DNA from: Octopus sinensis
Taxonomy: Eukaryota
Direction: 5' to 3'
Length of the DNA: 64,000 nucleotides
NCBI RefSeq assembly: GCF_006345805.1
Contig: NC_043013.1
Location: forward strand, 39,990,001 to 40,054,000
Both the position numbers and the translations under genes were made by a program. Below the pieces are notes generated by a model. The model ran no database searches, was not told where the DNA came from, and saw nothing but the letters and a program-made list of their open reading frames with translations. This document shows, one piece after another, positions 26,578 through 40,156 of the stretch (positions are counted from its first letter, which is position 1; each line of letters starts with the position of its first letter).

Positions 26578-27169
26578 CTATATATATATTATATCTATTA
26601 TATATATATATATATAAACCCACGTATATACCACACAACGCACACCGTACCTTTCACTTACGCCGTGATGACAATTGCTATCATAAAATTCGTTGGAATT
26701 ATTAAGAGATGCTTCAACGAATTCCGTCTAGGAATTAATGAAAGAACGCCTGTGATGATAAAAACGATCATTAAATCATGTACGCTTAATTCAATATATA
26801 ACTTCCGCATAGTATCATTGTCAGGTGTACTTTAGCACAGAAGGTTAATGATTTCGCGCCAGATATGTGGACAGTTATTACGACTGCCATAGTTACAGGT
26901 AAAAGTGTAAGCTTTATTAATTAAATTAGAAAGTTGTTTGATATTTTAAAGTTTTCGAGGAATTTCTGTGAATTTTACATGTAGCGTGGCTAACCTCAAT
27001 AAAAAGTTTACGGGATGAGATGTCGGTGGGTCTTTGGAGAGTGTAAAACAGATTTGATTAAGGCAATCATACGCTATTTTAATTCTCACATTACATACAA
27101 AATATTACCACAAAACTTTCAGTTTCCTTTTTCATGTTTTACTACATAACATGCCGGCTGATAGTGGGT

Positions 27170-27822
27170 TCAAATTTTAGCGCAAGGCCAGCAATTTCGG
27201 AAAATGGGGTAAGTCGTCTCCATCGACTGGTACTTATTTAATTGAACTTGAAAGGATGGAAGCCAAAGTCAACCTAGGAAAACTTTGAGCTCGGAGTATA
27301 GATCCAGTAAAAATGAGCTAAACCTTGTGTCGGTGTACTAATAGCTCTGCCAGCTCACTGCCGTTCATTGTATTAAAATAATCATTTTTATTATAGGCAC
27401 AAGACTAAAATTGAGTGTGTTGGGGTAAATCAATTACATCGACCCTAGTACTCAACTGGTACTTATTTTAAAGATCCCGAAAGAATGAAAGGCAAAGTCG
27501 ACCTCGGCAGAATTTGAACACAAAATTTAAAGAGCTAGAAGAAAAGTCGATACGCATTTTCTCTGGCATGAAAACTATTCTGACAGCTCGCAAACCCCCT
27601 ATTTTTGTATTAAAATAATCCTTTTTTATTATAGTCACAAGGCCTAAAATTTTGTAGGAGGGGGCTAGTCGATTACCCTTCAACTGGTACTTACTTCATC
27701 GACCCCGACAAGGATAAAAGGCAAAGTCGACCTCGGCGCAACTTGAACTCAGAACATAAAAAAACGGAAGAAATGCCGCTAAGCATTGTACGCGGCACAC
27801 TAAAGAATTTGCCAGCTCGCAG
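27170..27822 (-). mobile_element. Three tandem SINE family A copies
   Basis: Units at ~27170-27363, 27385-27595 and 27620-27822, each with GCCAGCTC/ACAGCTCG head and AAAGTC(G/A)ACCT core. Confidence 0.8.
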
Positions 27823-28173
27823 CATTTTCTGCTTTTTGTATTGAAATAATGAGAAGCACCGGTAAATACGGATTCCTCTAGAGATAACGAAGAATAACGT
27901 TTACTAATATTAGAAATGCAAACTGCTACGTGGGTGGGTTGATGGAATACTTATTCATATGGAATAATATTCAACATGGTTATGGTAGGAGCTCAATTTC
28001 CTTGTCTGTAAAATTTAAATAATGACTGACAAATTACTAAGAAAGATTAGTTTCATGTCAGCCTATTTTAGTAAATAGCTGTGTTATATATCGTTCTTAG
28101 ATCTATCAAGTTCATATGCAATCATATATGTGTGCATGTGTGTTTATATATCTATATATATATATATATATAT

Positions 28174-31100
28174 AATAATAATGTTCGTCCTTCGGTTCGA
28201 AGATGACCAACCTGACATCATCTGATGGAACTGCCGCCATGAGACCGGGAGGTGCTGGTGAGGCCAATCCGGGCAAGGAGCCCCTCCCACAGTGGGGCAG
28301 AGTGGGTAGGGGCAGTGCTACTGGTGCAGGCGGCTCTAACTTTTACGCATCTGACTTTCTGCTCCGCTGACCGAATCCGTCCCTCCTCGGCTGTCCTTCC
28401 CCAACGGTGATTGCGCTGCGCCAGGATGAGCGGTTGGCAGCAAGTGTCTCCCAGGTCTCTGTTCCGATGGAGAAGTCTTTTAGAGAGCCTTGAGACTATC
28501 CTTGAAGCGCTTTTTTTTTCTCTGCCCTCCGCCTTGCGCCTGCCCTGGCCGAGTTCACCGTAGAAGAGCTGTTTTGGGATGCGAGTGTCGGACATGCGGG
28601 AGACGTGGCCCGCCCATCTCAGCTGGGCCTTGCGCATGATTGTGATGGTGCTAGGGAGATCTGCCTGCTTCAGAACTTCCGTGTCTGGGACTTTGTCCTG
28701 CCAGCGGATGTGAAGGAGATTCCGAAGACACCTGAGATGGAAGTGGTTTATCTGGGCTCGTGCCTTCGGTAAGCAGTCCAGTCTCGCAGCCGTATAGTAG
28801 AGTGGTAAGCACGACTGCCCGGTAGACTTTCAGCTTGGTGTTGAGGCTGATTCCTCTCCCGCGCCAGACTTTCTTTCGCAGTCTCCCAATGCGCTGCTTG
28901 CCTTGGAGATTCTGTTGATGGTTTCAGCATCTATGTTGGCAGCATTGCAGGGAGAGTGCTGCCCAGGTAGGTGAAGTTTTCCACCACTCGTAAGATCCTT
29001 CCGTTCACCCTTATCTGAGGCTCATGGTATTGTTTGCCGGGGGGGGCTGCTGAAACCATCACTTCGGTTTTCTTTGCACTGATGGTGAGACCGAGTTGTC
29101 ACAGGCTGATGAGACCTGTCCATCTCGAGCTGCATCTCCTGCTCATCGATTGCATTAAGGCGCATCGTCAGCAAAGAGAAAGTCTCTGACGACTGTCTCC
29201 CTCACCTTTGTGACAGCCTGCAATCTCCTGGAGTTGAAAAGTTTCCCGTCTGTCCTGTACTTGATGTTGATACCGGACTTGCAGTCCCTAAGGCGGTCGG
29301 ACAATCATTGCCGAGAACATGATGCTGAACAGTGTTGGGGCCAGGACACAGCCCTGCCTGACTCCGTTGGTCACCTGGAAGGCTTCAGATGAGTCGCCGT
29401 CCTCAAGGATTCTGGCTGTCATTCCGTCGTGGAACTGGCGGACAATTGCAATAAATTTGCTGGGGCAACCAAATTTTCCCATGACCTTCATAGTCCCTCC
29501 CACTGACTGTATCAAAGCCTTGGTGAGGTCAACAAAGGTCATGCAGAGGTCAAGGTGCTGCTCCATGCATTTCTCCTGGAGCTGGCGGGCGGCGAATATC
29601 ATGTCAGTGGTCCCTCGACCCGCACGGAAGCCACACTGGCTCTCAGGGAGAAGGCCTTGCTCCAAGTGTTCCAGAAGCGGTCAAGCAGGACCCGGGCCAG
29701 GATCTTGCCTGCTATGGACAAGAGGGAAATACCTCGGTGGTTGTCGCAGGACTGCCGATCTCCTTTCCGCTTATAAATGTGGACGATTGTTGCATCCCGG
29801 AAATCTTGAGGGAGTTGTTCCCTGTCCCACATCGACTGGAACAGGTTGGTGAGCTGACTGATCATGGTGGGGCCTCCCGACTTGAACACCTCTGCAGGGA
29901 TGGCGTCAGAGCCTGGAGCTTTGCCGGTGGACATTTTTTTTGATGGCTCTGCTCACTTCCCCGACTGCAGGGGGAACAGCCAACTCGTGGTTTGTCGGCA
30001 CCTGGGGGAGTCGTGCGATGGCTTCCTCGTTGATCTGGGCTGGTCGGTTGAGCACGATGTTGAAGTGCTGCCGCCCATCTCTCCAGGATCAGCCTCTTGT
30101 TAGTCAGAGTGAGGTTCCATCTGAGCTGAGCAGGGGCGTTGATCCAAAGGAGAACTGCGGTCCATAGACAGCTTTCAGCGCCTCGTATAATTCTTTTCTG
30201 GTGTCGCCGTATTTGTCTGCGTATCCCTGAATCTCATCCGCCTTGGCGCTTAACCATGCATCTTGCATGAGGCGGAGTTTAGCCTGGACTGTGCTGCGAA
30301 TGTTGTTTGAAAGCGGCCTTCTTTGCCGTGCAGGTGGTGTCATTTTGGTGAGCCCGCAGCAGACGGCGGTTCTCTCTTCCAGGAGCTTTTGGATTTCCTG
30401 GTCGTTTTCCGTCGAACCAGTCCTGGTGGTTCCTCGTAATTTGGCCCAGAGTTTCAAGGGCGATGGAATGAACCGTGTCCCTGAATGATTCCCACTGCTC
30501 ATCGATGCTGGACTGGTCACTCCGAATGTCCAACAGCTTACTGTCCATACGTGACTGGAGATCTTGTGCAGTCAGCTGGTTCCCTAATTTCGTGATGTTA
30601 AGCTTCCTCGTCACTTCTGACCCTGTGGTCTTCTCTTAGGTGGATGTAGAAATCCATCCTGGAGATGATGAGGCGATTGTCCGTCCAGCAGTCAGCTCCG
30701 CACATGGCTTTGACCAGTCTCACGTCCCGCCTGTCTTTCGCCCTGACGATGACGTAATCTATCAGATGCCAGTGTTTGGAGCGTGGATGCATCCATGATG
30801 TCTTGTTGCGTGTTGGCAGACGGAACAAGGTGTTGGCGATGGTAAGATCATGGAGAGGCACACCACGCAGGAGGAGTTGTCCGTTGCTGTTGCACTTTCC
30901 GATTCCTTGCTTTCCCAGTACGCGATGCCAGGCTTGGTGGTCAGTCCCGACACGGCGTAAAATCCCCAGGAGGATGAGCTTCCCAGGCTGAGCTGACGTG
31001 ATGAGAGAGTCGAGTTCCTCATAGACCTGTCCTTAACTCTTCAGGGTTGTCATGGTGGGGCGTAAGCACTGATGATGGTCGCACTAGTCTTGTTTCCAAG

Positions 31101-32160
31101 TGGGAGCTGCATCTTCATCAGCCGATCGTTGATACCCTCGGGGGGCTTTCCAGTTTCCGCACGTGTACTGACTTAATGGCAAAACCAACACCAGCCTCAC
31201 CGACTCTTTCGCTGCTGCGACCACTCCAAAAGAAAGTGTAGCCGCCGCCTGTCCTCTCTGTCAGCTGGCCTTTGTCCGCAAGGAGGGTCTCGCTCAGTGC
31301 TGCAATATCGACACTGTATCGGCTCAGTTCTCTGGCCACCAGGGCAGTTCGTCTCTCTGGTCCCTGTCCGCTTTGTGTTGTCAAGCAGAGTTCTCACGTT
31401 CCAAGTTGCGAAAGTGAGCACCTTTGTTTGTTTTCTTCTTTCTTTTGTTTCGAACCGGCTTGGAAAGGATCCCCGCCAGCCGCGGTTTGCTGACCAGGGT
31501 GAGGTGAGGCAGGCTATGTTTAGGGCAACCTTTCTAGCCCCCGTCCTCATGCTGGGGAGGCGAGCAGAGCGATCCTGAAGAGGGCTGCTCGGTCACTCAG
31601 GAGGCTGCCGGACTCCACTGCTGCCTCATTTCAGTGAGGGGCGACCACTGTCCTGAGCCGCCTGTGTGTGGGTTCACGACTGCAGCTCCCAGTGTATCCT
31701 CACCTGCTACTTCGCGCGTTCGCCGTTTCCTCCCTCCCCAATCGCCACAGGACTTGGGATGGTGTCAGGCGTCATGATGTCGTGACATTGCGCGGACTTG
31801 GATTATAGTGAGGGTGACTTGCGCAGGATCAGCCTCACTCTCTCGTCCCTGGTGCGCCGGATCCAGTGGCAAGACAAAGTCAAGACGACTGGGGGTAACC
31901 AAGATGCAGGAGCTGCCGGAAGGTGGCACGCATGGCGCAATCCAACCGCCTTAGGGGCTCCACTCCGGATTTTGGATGGCCATTGACTCATGAGAGAGTT
32001 CCTCTGCCCTTTGACAGGTTTTGTTTTAGTCCTGCTGGGTGTCCAAATCACCCTCCTCACCAGGAAATCTTGGTGGGGTTGCCAGTTTAGTCGCCAACGA
32101 CCCGACCATGTAACAGTTGTACTGGGTTACATGTTACCAGTAGCTCCAAGCGGAGACTGA
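28174..32160 (-). mobile_element. RTE-clade (BovB-like) LINE, near full length, many frameshifts
   Basis: APE motifs LTFATWNVRTLL and DIAALSET; TSWMHPRSKHWHLIDYVIV; RT motifs KAPGSDAIPAE, LLPESQCGFRAGRGTTDMIF, GVRQGCVLAPTLF, LFADD; C-terminal QLRWAGHVSRMSDTRIPKQLFYGEL; short (ATT)n tail; ~600-bp 5' UTR. Confidence 0.95.
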
Positions 32161-32164
32161 CACA

Positions 32165-32196
<32 letters not shown>

Positions 32197-32593
32197 CAAC
32201 ACATACAAGCGCGCACGCACAACAATAATTATGATACACGATTGGGCCTTCTTCGCGCGACGACATACGAGGTTTACTAGACATATGAATTGCATACATG
32301 TAGGTGTATAAACAGCTATGTGTCTATTGTGTGTATGTGTATTTATATATATATATATATATCTGTGTATGTGCATGTGTATATATATATATATATATAT
32401 GTATACATATATATATTATTGACTCAACTCAACTTTAATGGAAGTTTTGTGGGCGTGATAAATATATATATATATATATATGTATGTATATATATGATGT
32501 TTATATATCCATATATTATATGTGTGTATATATATACGTATGTATATATATTATGAGTTTGACTCAACTCCACTTTACTGGAAGTTTCGTCTG

Positions 32594-32634
<41 letters not shown>

Positions 32635-33121
32635 AATATAATATAATAGTTTGCTATAATAGCATTCGATGACAACAGATAAAGGTAGAATGAATCTATA
32701 CATTGTACGCAAAAAATTACAAGAAAGTAGCTCGACCGGGTAGAAATAGTAGTCAAATTTTCTACAAGCTCCACCCTACTGTACTTTGACTTAAAACTTG
32801 CTTTCTTTGACTTAAAACTTGCTTTCAAAAGATTTCTGGTCACTTTACAATGTTTGTCACTGGAACCTTCTATGGCGACCGAAATAGTGGCAAAAGGACT
32901 GTACAAGCTTTTGTCGCTTACATCCAATGATGAGCAAATGTCTCATTATAAAGGTAAAACCGCCATCATGTAATAAGATGAAACAATCATCATATGTGTG
33001 TATGTGTCTGTATATATATATTTATATATATATGCGTTTGTATGTTCGTGTGTGTGTATATGTATATATATGTATATGTATATATATATTGTATGGTCAT
33101 AGTTTGATTCAAATGGTATTC

Positions 33122-33294
33122 AGTTTCAAGGTGATCAAGTTTGATTCAATTCGTTGGTACTATTTCAAAAGTGCAGAGTGAGATGCTAGTCGTCAGCCAT
33201 TTCCAATTCAAAATGGCAGACGACTAGCATCACGCTTGAAATTGAAGAGTACCAAGGAATTTGAATCAAACTGTTTTGATCCATACTTGAAACT
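33122..33294. repeat. ~170-bp imperfect palindrome (foldback/MITE-like)
   Basis: Core arms GATGCTAGTCGTCAGCCATTT / AAATGGCAGACGACTAGCATC; outer arms GTTTGATTCAA..TTGGTACT / AGTACCAA..TTGAATCAAAC. Confidence 0.8.
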
Positions 33295-33710
33295 CCCAAT
33301 AAATTTGCTGAGTGCCCATCTTACACATATATACATACATATATGTATGTATGTTTGTATGTATGTCTATATATAGTATTATATATATATATATATATGC
33401 AGTATGACATACGAATAAAAGGAAATAAATTTTGAGGATGTACCAGACACCATATTTTCTATCGTTATAATTATTGCAAATATACACACCGGATAATATT
33501 ACCATCCAGAGAAGCAAACACGGAATTACCCATCGGACAAATTTACAGCGAATTCCTAATGGTCATTGATGTTAAATATTAAACGATGCGGTTAGCCATA
33601 ACCTAGAACATAACTGAGAGCTACCACGGTATCCACCCGGATTATATATCCCTCTAAACTCACACATACACACACGCATACATACATACATACATACATA
33701 CATACATACA

Positions 33711-33741
<31 letters not shown>

Positions 33742-34171
33742 TATGTAGTAAAGCTTCAACAGATAGAAAAGCTAAGAGAGTAAAAATAATTTTATAATGA
33801 AAATCTACAAATCTTATAAATACAACTACATAGGGTTTCCTGGGTGAAATGATAATTTAGTCAGTCATTTATCAAGCTGAAAACAAGACCGTTCGCCAGT
33901 TGTCTTCCGAGCAGATAACGTTTAGAAGAAGAAAAGAGAAAGAAAACGCAAGGGAGGTAACCAACATTACAACAATTCGATGTCAAACAGACATAAGGCA
34001 GATATTAATTATTTAAGTGTCTGGTGGTCTACTTTACATTCCGACACTATGTATTTCTTGAAATACGGACGTGTTTTCAGCTTAATAAATGTCGAAATAA
34101 ATTATTACTTCAACCAGCAAAGCCTAGGTAGGTGTTTACAAGATTTCTGGATTTTCATACGATTATATATG

Positions 34172-34230
<59 letters not shown>

Positions 34231-34244
34231 TATGTATGTATGTA

Positions 34245-34278
<34 letters not shown>

Positions 34279-34961
34279 TATATATATATTATACATACAT
34301 ATAATAATATAATATATATCTAATATATATATTATATACATTAGAAAAAATAAAGTACTCAGAAATCTGGATGGTTGTACATTTACAGATTTTTATTAAT
34401 ATGTCACATTTTTTGTATACATCATATATTAGCGCTCGCATCTACTCTAGTAGATTCTTCAGATTTGAATTTTTTGACGGGATTCGTCTCTTTTATGGTA
34501 TTATTGAGTGTGTAGGAGTGGAGAGAGATATAGGATAGTAAAAGAGGGGGAGGAATGGGGAGAAAGAGAGAGAGTGTGTGTGTTTGTATATGTGTTTGTG
34601 TGTGTGCGTGTGTGTGCGCACTCGGGTCTGTGATCAACCTGTCTTATAGCAGTAACAGCTGTAATCCCTGTTCTTTTGTCATTCATTACGTTATATTACT
34701 TTCTGTACTTTTCCTGACATTTTAATGAAAAGCATAAGTCTATAGAGTTCTAACAACTGGTTATTAGTATTAGTCATAAAATTATTACCAAATAACAGTG
34801 ATGTGAAAATATATTCTATAAATTACTGTACATCTATAGACTTTGTGTTGCAAAGGAAACATTTTTGTATAATATAATAAGCAGGCAAATTGGAAACTGA
34901 CTCCTCTCTCTTTCCCTTTGTCTATCTCTTTCTTTATAAATATCCCTTAACCACTGGGCCA

Positions 34962-35305
34962 TTGCCCAGTGGTTAGGGCAGCGGACTCGCGGTCGTAGGA
35001 TCGTGCTTTCGATTCCCAGACCGGGCGTTGTGGGTGTTTATGGAAAACACCTAAAGGTCCACGAGGCTCCAGCAGGGTGTGGTGGCGAACCCTGCTGTAC
35101 TTGTTTGCCACAACTTTCTTCCTGTTTCAGTTCTGCTTGTATTTCAAAGGGGCCAGCGTTGTCACACTCTGTGTCACACTGAATCTTCCTGAGAATTAAG
35201 GGTACACGTGTCTGTGGGGTACTCAGCCACTTGCACGTTAATTTCACGAGTAGGCTGTTTTGTTGATCGGATCAACTGGATCATGGCAACCGATGGAGTG
35301 CCACC
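34962..35305 (+). mobile_element. SINE family C2
   Basis: GCCCAGTGGTTAGGGCAGCGGACTCGCGG head, TTTCGATTCC B-box, family C 3' half. Confidence 0.85.
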
Positions 35306-35379
35306 AATGAAACCCATCCTATATATATATATATGTGTGTGTGTGTGTTGTGTGTGTGTGTGTGTGTGTGTATTTATCC

Positions 35380-35535
35380 ACTACCAACCGATGTTGGTGT
35401 GTTCATGTCCCCGTAAACTAGTGGTTCGGCAAAAGTGACCGATAGAATAAGGCTAACAAAGAATAAGTCATGGGGTTGATTTATTCGATTAAATGCGGTG
35501 CACCAGCATGGCCGCAGTCAACTGACTGAACAAAA
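35380..35535 (+). mobile_element. SINE family B 3' half
   Basis: ACCGATGTTGGTGTGTT..CAGCATGGCCGCAGTCAACTGACTGAA. Confidence 0.75.
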
Positions 35536-35599
35536 AGGCAGAATATAAATGAGAAATGGACGCGGTTGTAGAAGCGACACTTCTGCGACGGTGTTCGTT

Positions 35600-35892
35600 T
35601 TGCTTCGATACATACAAAGGAGAGGTGCTGAATTGTTCATGGCTTTAAGCGTATCGCGAAAGGCCTGGCTGGAGGCCCAACATTCCGAGTTCTTTTACAG
35701 GGCTGTAGATAAACTGAAGGACCGCGGCAATAAGTGTGTGAATCTGAGAGAAAAATATGTTGAATAAAATCATATTTAACATGTCATGTAAATATATTAT
35801 ATTTAGAATCACATTCAGTGAGTAGTGTTTTGTAACCTATCTCCTGTATTTTCTTTTACCTAATGCCGGGAACTTTTCAGCACCTCCTTGTA
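35600..35892 (+). mobile_element. mariner transposase 3' end and TIR
   Basis: WLEAQHSEFFYRAVDKLKDRGNKCVNLREKYVE* is a typical mariner C-terminus. Confidence 0.7.
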
Positions 35893-36404
35893 ATTTGTTT
35901 TAGACAAAAAGAAAAACAGCAGCATGCTTTTCTGAAATATATATACATTTGGTATGATACATAGATGACTATACTACCTTAGTTTATTTATCTTTAAGAT
36001 GAGAGGAGAGGTAGTACCTGTGATATTTTATGGGTCGTCGAGAACGTTGAAAGAGACAGGGACATATCCTCAAACTGTAAATCTTGTTCAGATGCTGTTA
36101 ATAGGAGTGGACACCACTAAAAGTAACTAATCTTTGGCCGATGGATTAAGTCTATCACCCGTGTAGGCCATGGCCGGATTTGTACTCAGAATGGTAAAAA
36201 GCTGAATAAAATACCTTGAGGCATTCAATTCAACGCTCAAATGAACCTGCCGATTTGCTGCCTAATGTACCCCTACTTACACTAGGTGATCCTTTATCGT
36301 AGTCCTAGGGACGGTCACAGCTAGAACGTCTTTGATTATTATCTGATCAACAGTGTTGGCATGCTGCGAAACAAGCAACAACGACAATGGCAACAACTAC
36401 ATCA

Positions 36405-36660
36405 ACATCATTTTCATCATCATTATCATCGTCGTCGTCGTCGTCGTCGTACTCGTCATCACCATCATCACCATCATCATCACCATCATCGCCGTCATTG
36501 TCACCACCATCATCTTCATTGTCACCGTAGTCGTTGTCATCGTCGTCGTCGCCGTCATCATCATCATCGTCGTCATCATCATCATCATTATCATCGTCGT
36601 CATCATCACCATCATCATCATTATCATCGTCGTCATCATCACCATCATCATCATCATCAT
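36405..36660. repeat. (CAT/CGT)n trinucleotide tract
   Basis: Direct repeat. Confidence 0.9.
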
Positions 36661-37224
36661 TGGTATCTTCATCGAAAGGACTAAGAAAACTAAGTATTTT
36701 CGGAGCAAGAAATTTGAGTGAGAAATGAAATGTTTAGTCGTTCACTATTCTATTCTTTAACCATATTAATATGTGAGTATAACATCAGTTTTATACACAC
36801 ATACACACACACACACACACACCACACACACAAACGCGCGCGCACACATATATATACACACACACATATATACATACATACATACATACATACATACATA
36901 CACTTTTATTTTTAATTCAATCATTTTTCTTCTCCCCCTTTCTCTCACTCTTTCTCTTTCTTTCTCCCTCACGCCTTCACTCACTCCCTCACTCACTCAC
37001 TCTGCCAAAAACAATCTGGTTTCCTCCCAGATTCCTCCCCGTTATTTTGGTATGTATCTATGTATCTTCAGTATAAAACACATGACACAGATTGAAAGCG
37101 ATCCATTAGCGAAGTTATGTTAAATTATTGATCGAACCTTCTCGAAATTAATCTAGCTATCGTCTGACAAAGAAGTGAGGGTGTAGATAGGTTACAAAAC
37201 ACTACTCACTGAATGTGATTCTAA

Positions 37225-37450
37225 ATATAATATATTTACATGACACGTTAAATATAAAATATTTTACATGACGTGTTAGATATAATACAATTTATATAAC
37301 ATGTTAAACATAAAGCATTTTTCATAGCACGTTCATATATGATATACTTTATATAGCAAGTTAAATATAATACGCTTTATATTTCAAGTTAAATATAATA
37401 ATCTACTTTACTTTATATTAGCAGATCCAGTATAATACGCTTTATATATA
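37225..37450. repeat. Degenerate ~28-bp AT-rich minisatellite
   Basis: Recurring TTTA(C/T)AT...GTTA(A/G)ATATAA units. Confidence 0.6.
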
Positions 37451-37519
37451 TATATATACAATACTACATTTATATATACTGTACTACTAATATATATTCT
37501 TTATATGTACTATACTAGG

Positions 37520-37846
37520 AGCACTCTATCTGTTACGACGACGAGGGTCCCAGCTGATACGATCAACGGAACAGCTTGCTCATGAAATTAACGTGCAAGT
37601 GGCTGAGCACTCCGCAGACATGTGTACCCTTAACGTAGTTCTTGGGGGAGATTCAGCGTGACACAGAGTGTGACAAGGCTGGCCACTTTGAGATACATAT
37701 ACTACTCTTTTTTGCCAGCTCAGTGGACTAGAGCAATGTGAAATAACGTGTCTTGCTGAAGAACACAGCGCGCCGCTGGGAATCGAACTCATGACCTTAC
37801 GATCGTGAGCAGAATACCCTAACTACTAAGGCCACGCGCCATCACA
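37520..37846 (-). mobile_element. SINE family C1
   Basis: Match to 4909-5232. Confidence 0.85.
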
Positions 37847-37865
37847 CATTATATAGCAGGGAAAG

Positions 37866-38083
37866 AGGCGGCGAGCTGGCAGAAACGTTAGCACGCTTGA
37901 CGAAATGCTTAACGGGATTTCGCCCGTCTCTACGATCCGAGTTCAAATTTCGCCGAGGTCGACTTTGCCTTTGATTCTTTCAGGGTCTATGGAATAAGTA
38001 CCAGTGAAATACTGGGGTTGATGTAATCGACACATCCCCTTCCCTAAAATGGCTGCCCTTGTGCCTATAGTAGAAAGGATTAC
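37866..38083 (+). mobile_element. SINE family A (ATT-tail) with 12-bp TSD
   Basis: ATAGCAGGGAAA at 37853-37864 and 38084-38095. Confidence 0.9.
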
Positions 38084-38123
38084 ATAGCAGGGAAAATGTA
38101 TAACACTTTATTTAGCAGATCAG

Positions 38124-38310
38124 ATGGCAAGATGGCTGATCCATTAGTACATTGGGTAAAATGCTTAGCGGCATTTCTTTTAGTTCATTGCGTTGTGAGT
38201 TCAAATCCCACTGAGATCAATTTTGTCTTTCATTCCCTCGTGGTCGATAAAATAAAGCAGTAATCAATTTCTGGGACCGATGTAATCGACTTGCCTCCCT
38301 CACCCCCTTC
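38124..38310 (+). mobile_element. Degenerate SINE family A
   Basis: AAATGCTTAGCGGCATTT..GAGTTCAAATCC..GATGTAATCGAC. Confidence 0.7.
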
Positions 38311-38349
38311 AAGGGAAAAGGTGTTATTTTGGTCACGTATACGCCATCG

Positions 38350-38727
38350 TGGCACTCCGTCGGTTACGACAACGTGGGTCCCGGCTGATACGATCAACGG
38401 AACAGCCTGCTCTTGAAATTAACGTGCAAGTGGCTGAGCACTCCACAGCCACGTATACTCTTAAAGTAGTTCTCGGGGAAGATTCAGCGTGGCACAGAGT
38501 GTGACAAAGTTGGCCCTTTGAAATACAATTACAACAGAAACAGGAAGAAAGAGAGAAATTTATAGTGAAAGAGTACAGCAGGGTTCTCCACCACCCCTTG
38601 CCGGAGCCTTGTGGAGGTTTATGTGTTTTCGCTCAATAAACACTCACAACGCCCGGTCTTGGAACCGAAACCGCTATCCTACGACCGCGAGTCCGCTGCC
38701 CTAACCACTGGGCCATTGCGCCTCCAC
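38350..38727 (-). mobile_element. SINE family C2
   Basis: Match to 50488-50866 and 34962-35305. Confidence 0.85.
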
Positions 38728-38974
38728 TATACGCCATAGAAACCCGGTAACCAGCCTGGTTGCGCTCCTCGTGTAAACTGAAATCGTATAGAATAAGGGA
38801 GATATATTTTTTCATTTTTTTTTTTTGTAGTATTAATGGAAATGAAACAAAAAGAAAATTTTAATAATCATTGATTGAAAAGAGAATATGTAGGATTATT
38901 GTATATGCATATGAATGAGTTTATATACATACAAAACACACACACACACTGCTAGGTAGACAGACAGACAGACT

Positions 38975-39067
<93 letters not shown>

Positions 39068-39180
39068 GTTTCTTTATTGGCCACACAGGGCTGCACACAG
39101 ATGGGACAAGTTACAAGGTAGAGCTTTTCTTTTGGGGGATGAAGAGAACAAAAAACAAAAGAAAAAAAAGGGGGTGGCGT
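39068..39180 (-). mobile_element. Tx1-like LINE extreme 3' end inside (GATA)n
   Basis: Nearly identical to the 3' ends at 40157 and 41379; GATA repeats on both sides. Confidence 0.8.
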
Positions 39181-39962
39181 AATAGATAGATAGATAGATA
39201 GGTAGGTAGATAGATAGATAGATTATGTGACAGACTTCCGCGTACTAAACCTCCACCAAATGACACTCATCACAAGGTATTGAATAACTCCAGCCCCAAG
39301 GTAGAAAAAAAAACATTTTTTACCCAACATCTCACACGGTGGTATCGAACCTAGAATCGTGTCGTTCCCAAGCGAACTCCTTAACCAAATAGCTATACCT
39401 TAAAATAAATTATTGATACTGAGTTCTTAGCAAACAGTTGATAAATGTGTGCATGTGTTTGGAGATAATTACATCAACAGAGATACCTATTTGCAGATCA
39501 CGAACGAATCGTGAATTTCAGATTCAATCATTACTTCAGTTATTTATTCCTCGGTGAGAATATATATACGTTAGTATTTTGTGAGAACTGGTTGGCTGGT
39601 AGAATATATGTGGACGTTCTAAAATATTGTGCTTTCTATAGCCAGGAGAAAAGATATGTTTTCCTAGTGTTTTTTGAACGGAGAGTAAATTTTGCAAGGA
39701 TCGTCTGTAAACGCGGTACCTTATTCTGTGTATAAGTTGAATTACTTACCTTCTTTATTTCTCTATCTCTCTATCCTTTTTTTTTTTGTCTCTCTTCTCT
39801 CTTAGTTTTCCAACGCTAGAGACGTACGTGAACATATATACATGACGTACGTGAACATATATACATGAATAGATTGATAGACTGATAGATAGACAGAAAG
39901 ATAGATAGATAGATAAATAGACAGACAGACAGACAGACAGGCAGGCAGGCAGGCAGGCAGGC

Positions 39963-40025
<63 letters not shown>

Positions 40026-40156
40026 TAGATAGATAGATAGATAGATGGATAGATAGATAGATAGATAGATAGATAGGTAGGTAGGTAGGTAGGTAGGTAG
40101 GTAGGTATGCAAATAGACAGACAGACAGATAGATAGATAGATAGATAGATAGATAT

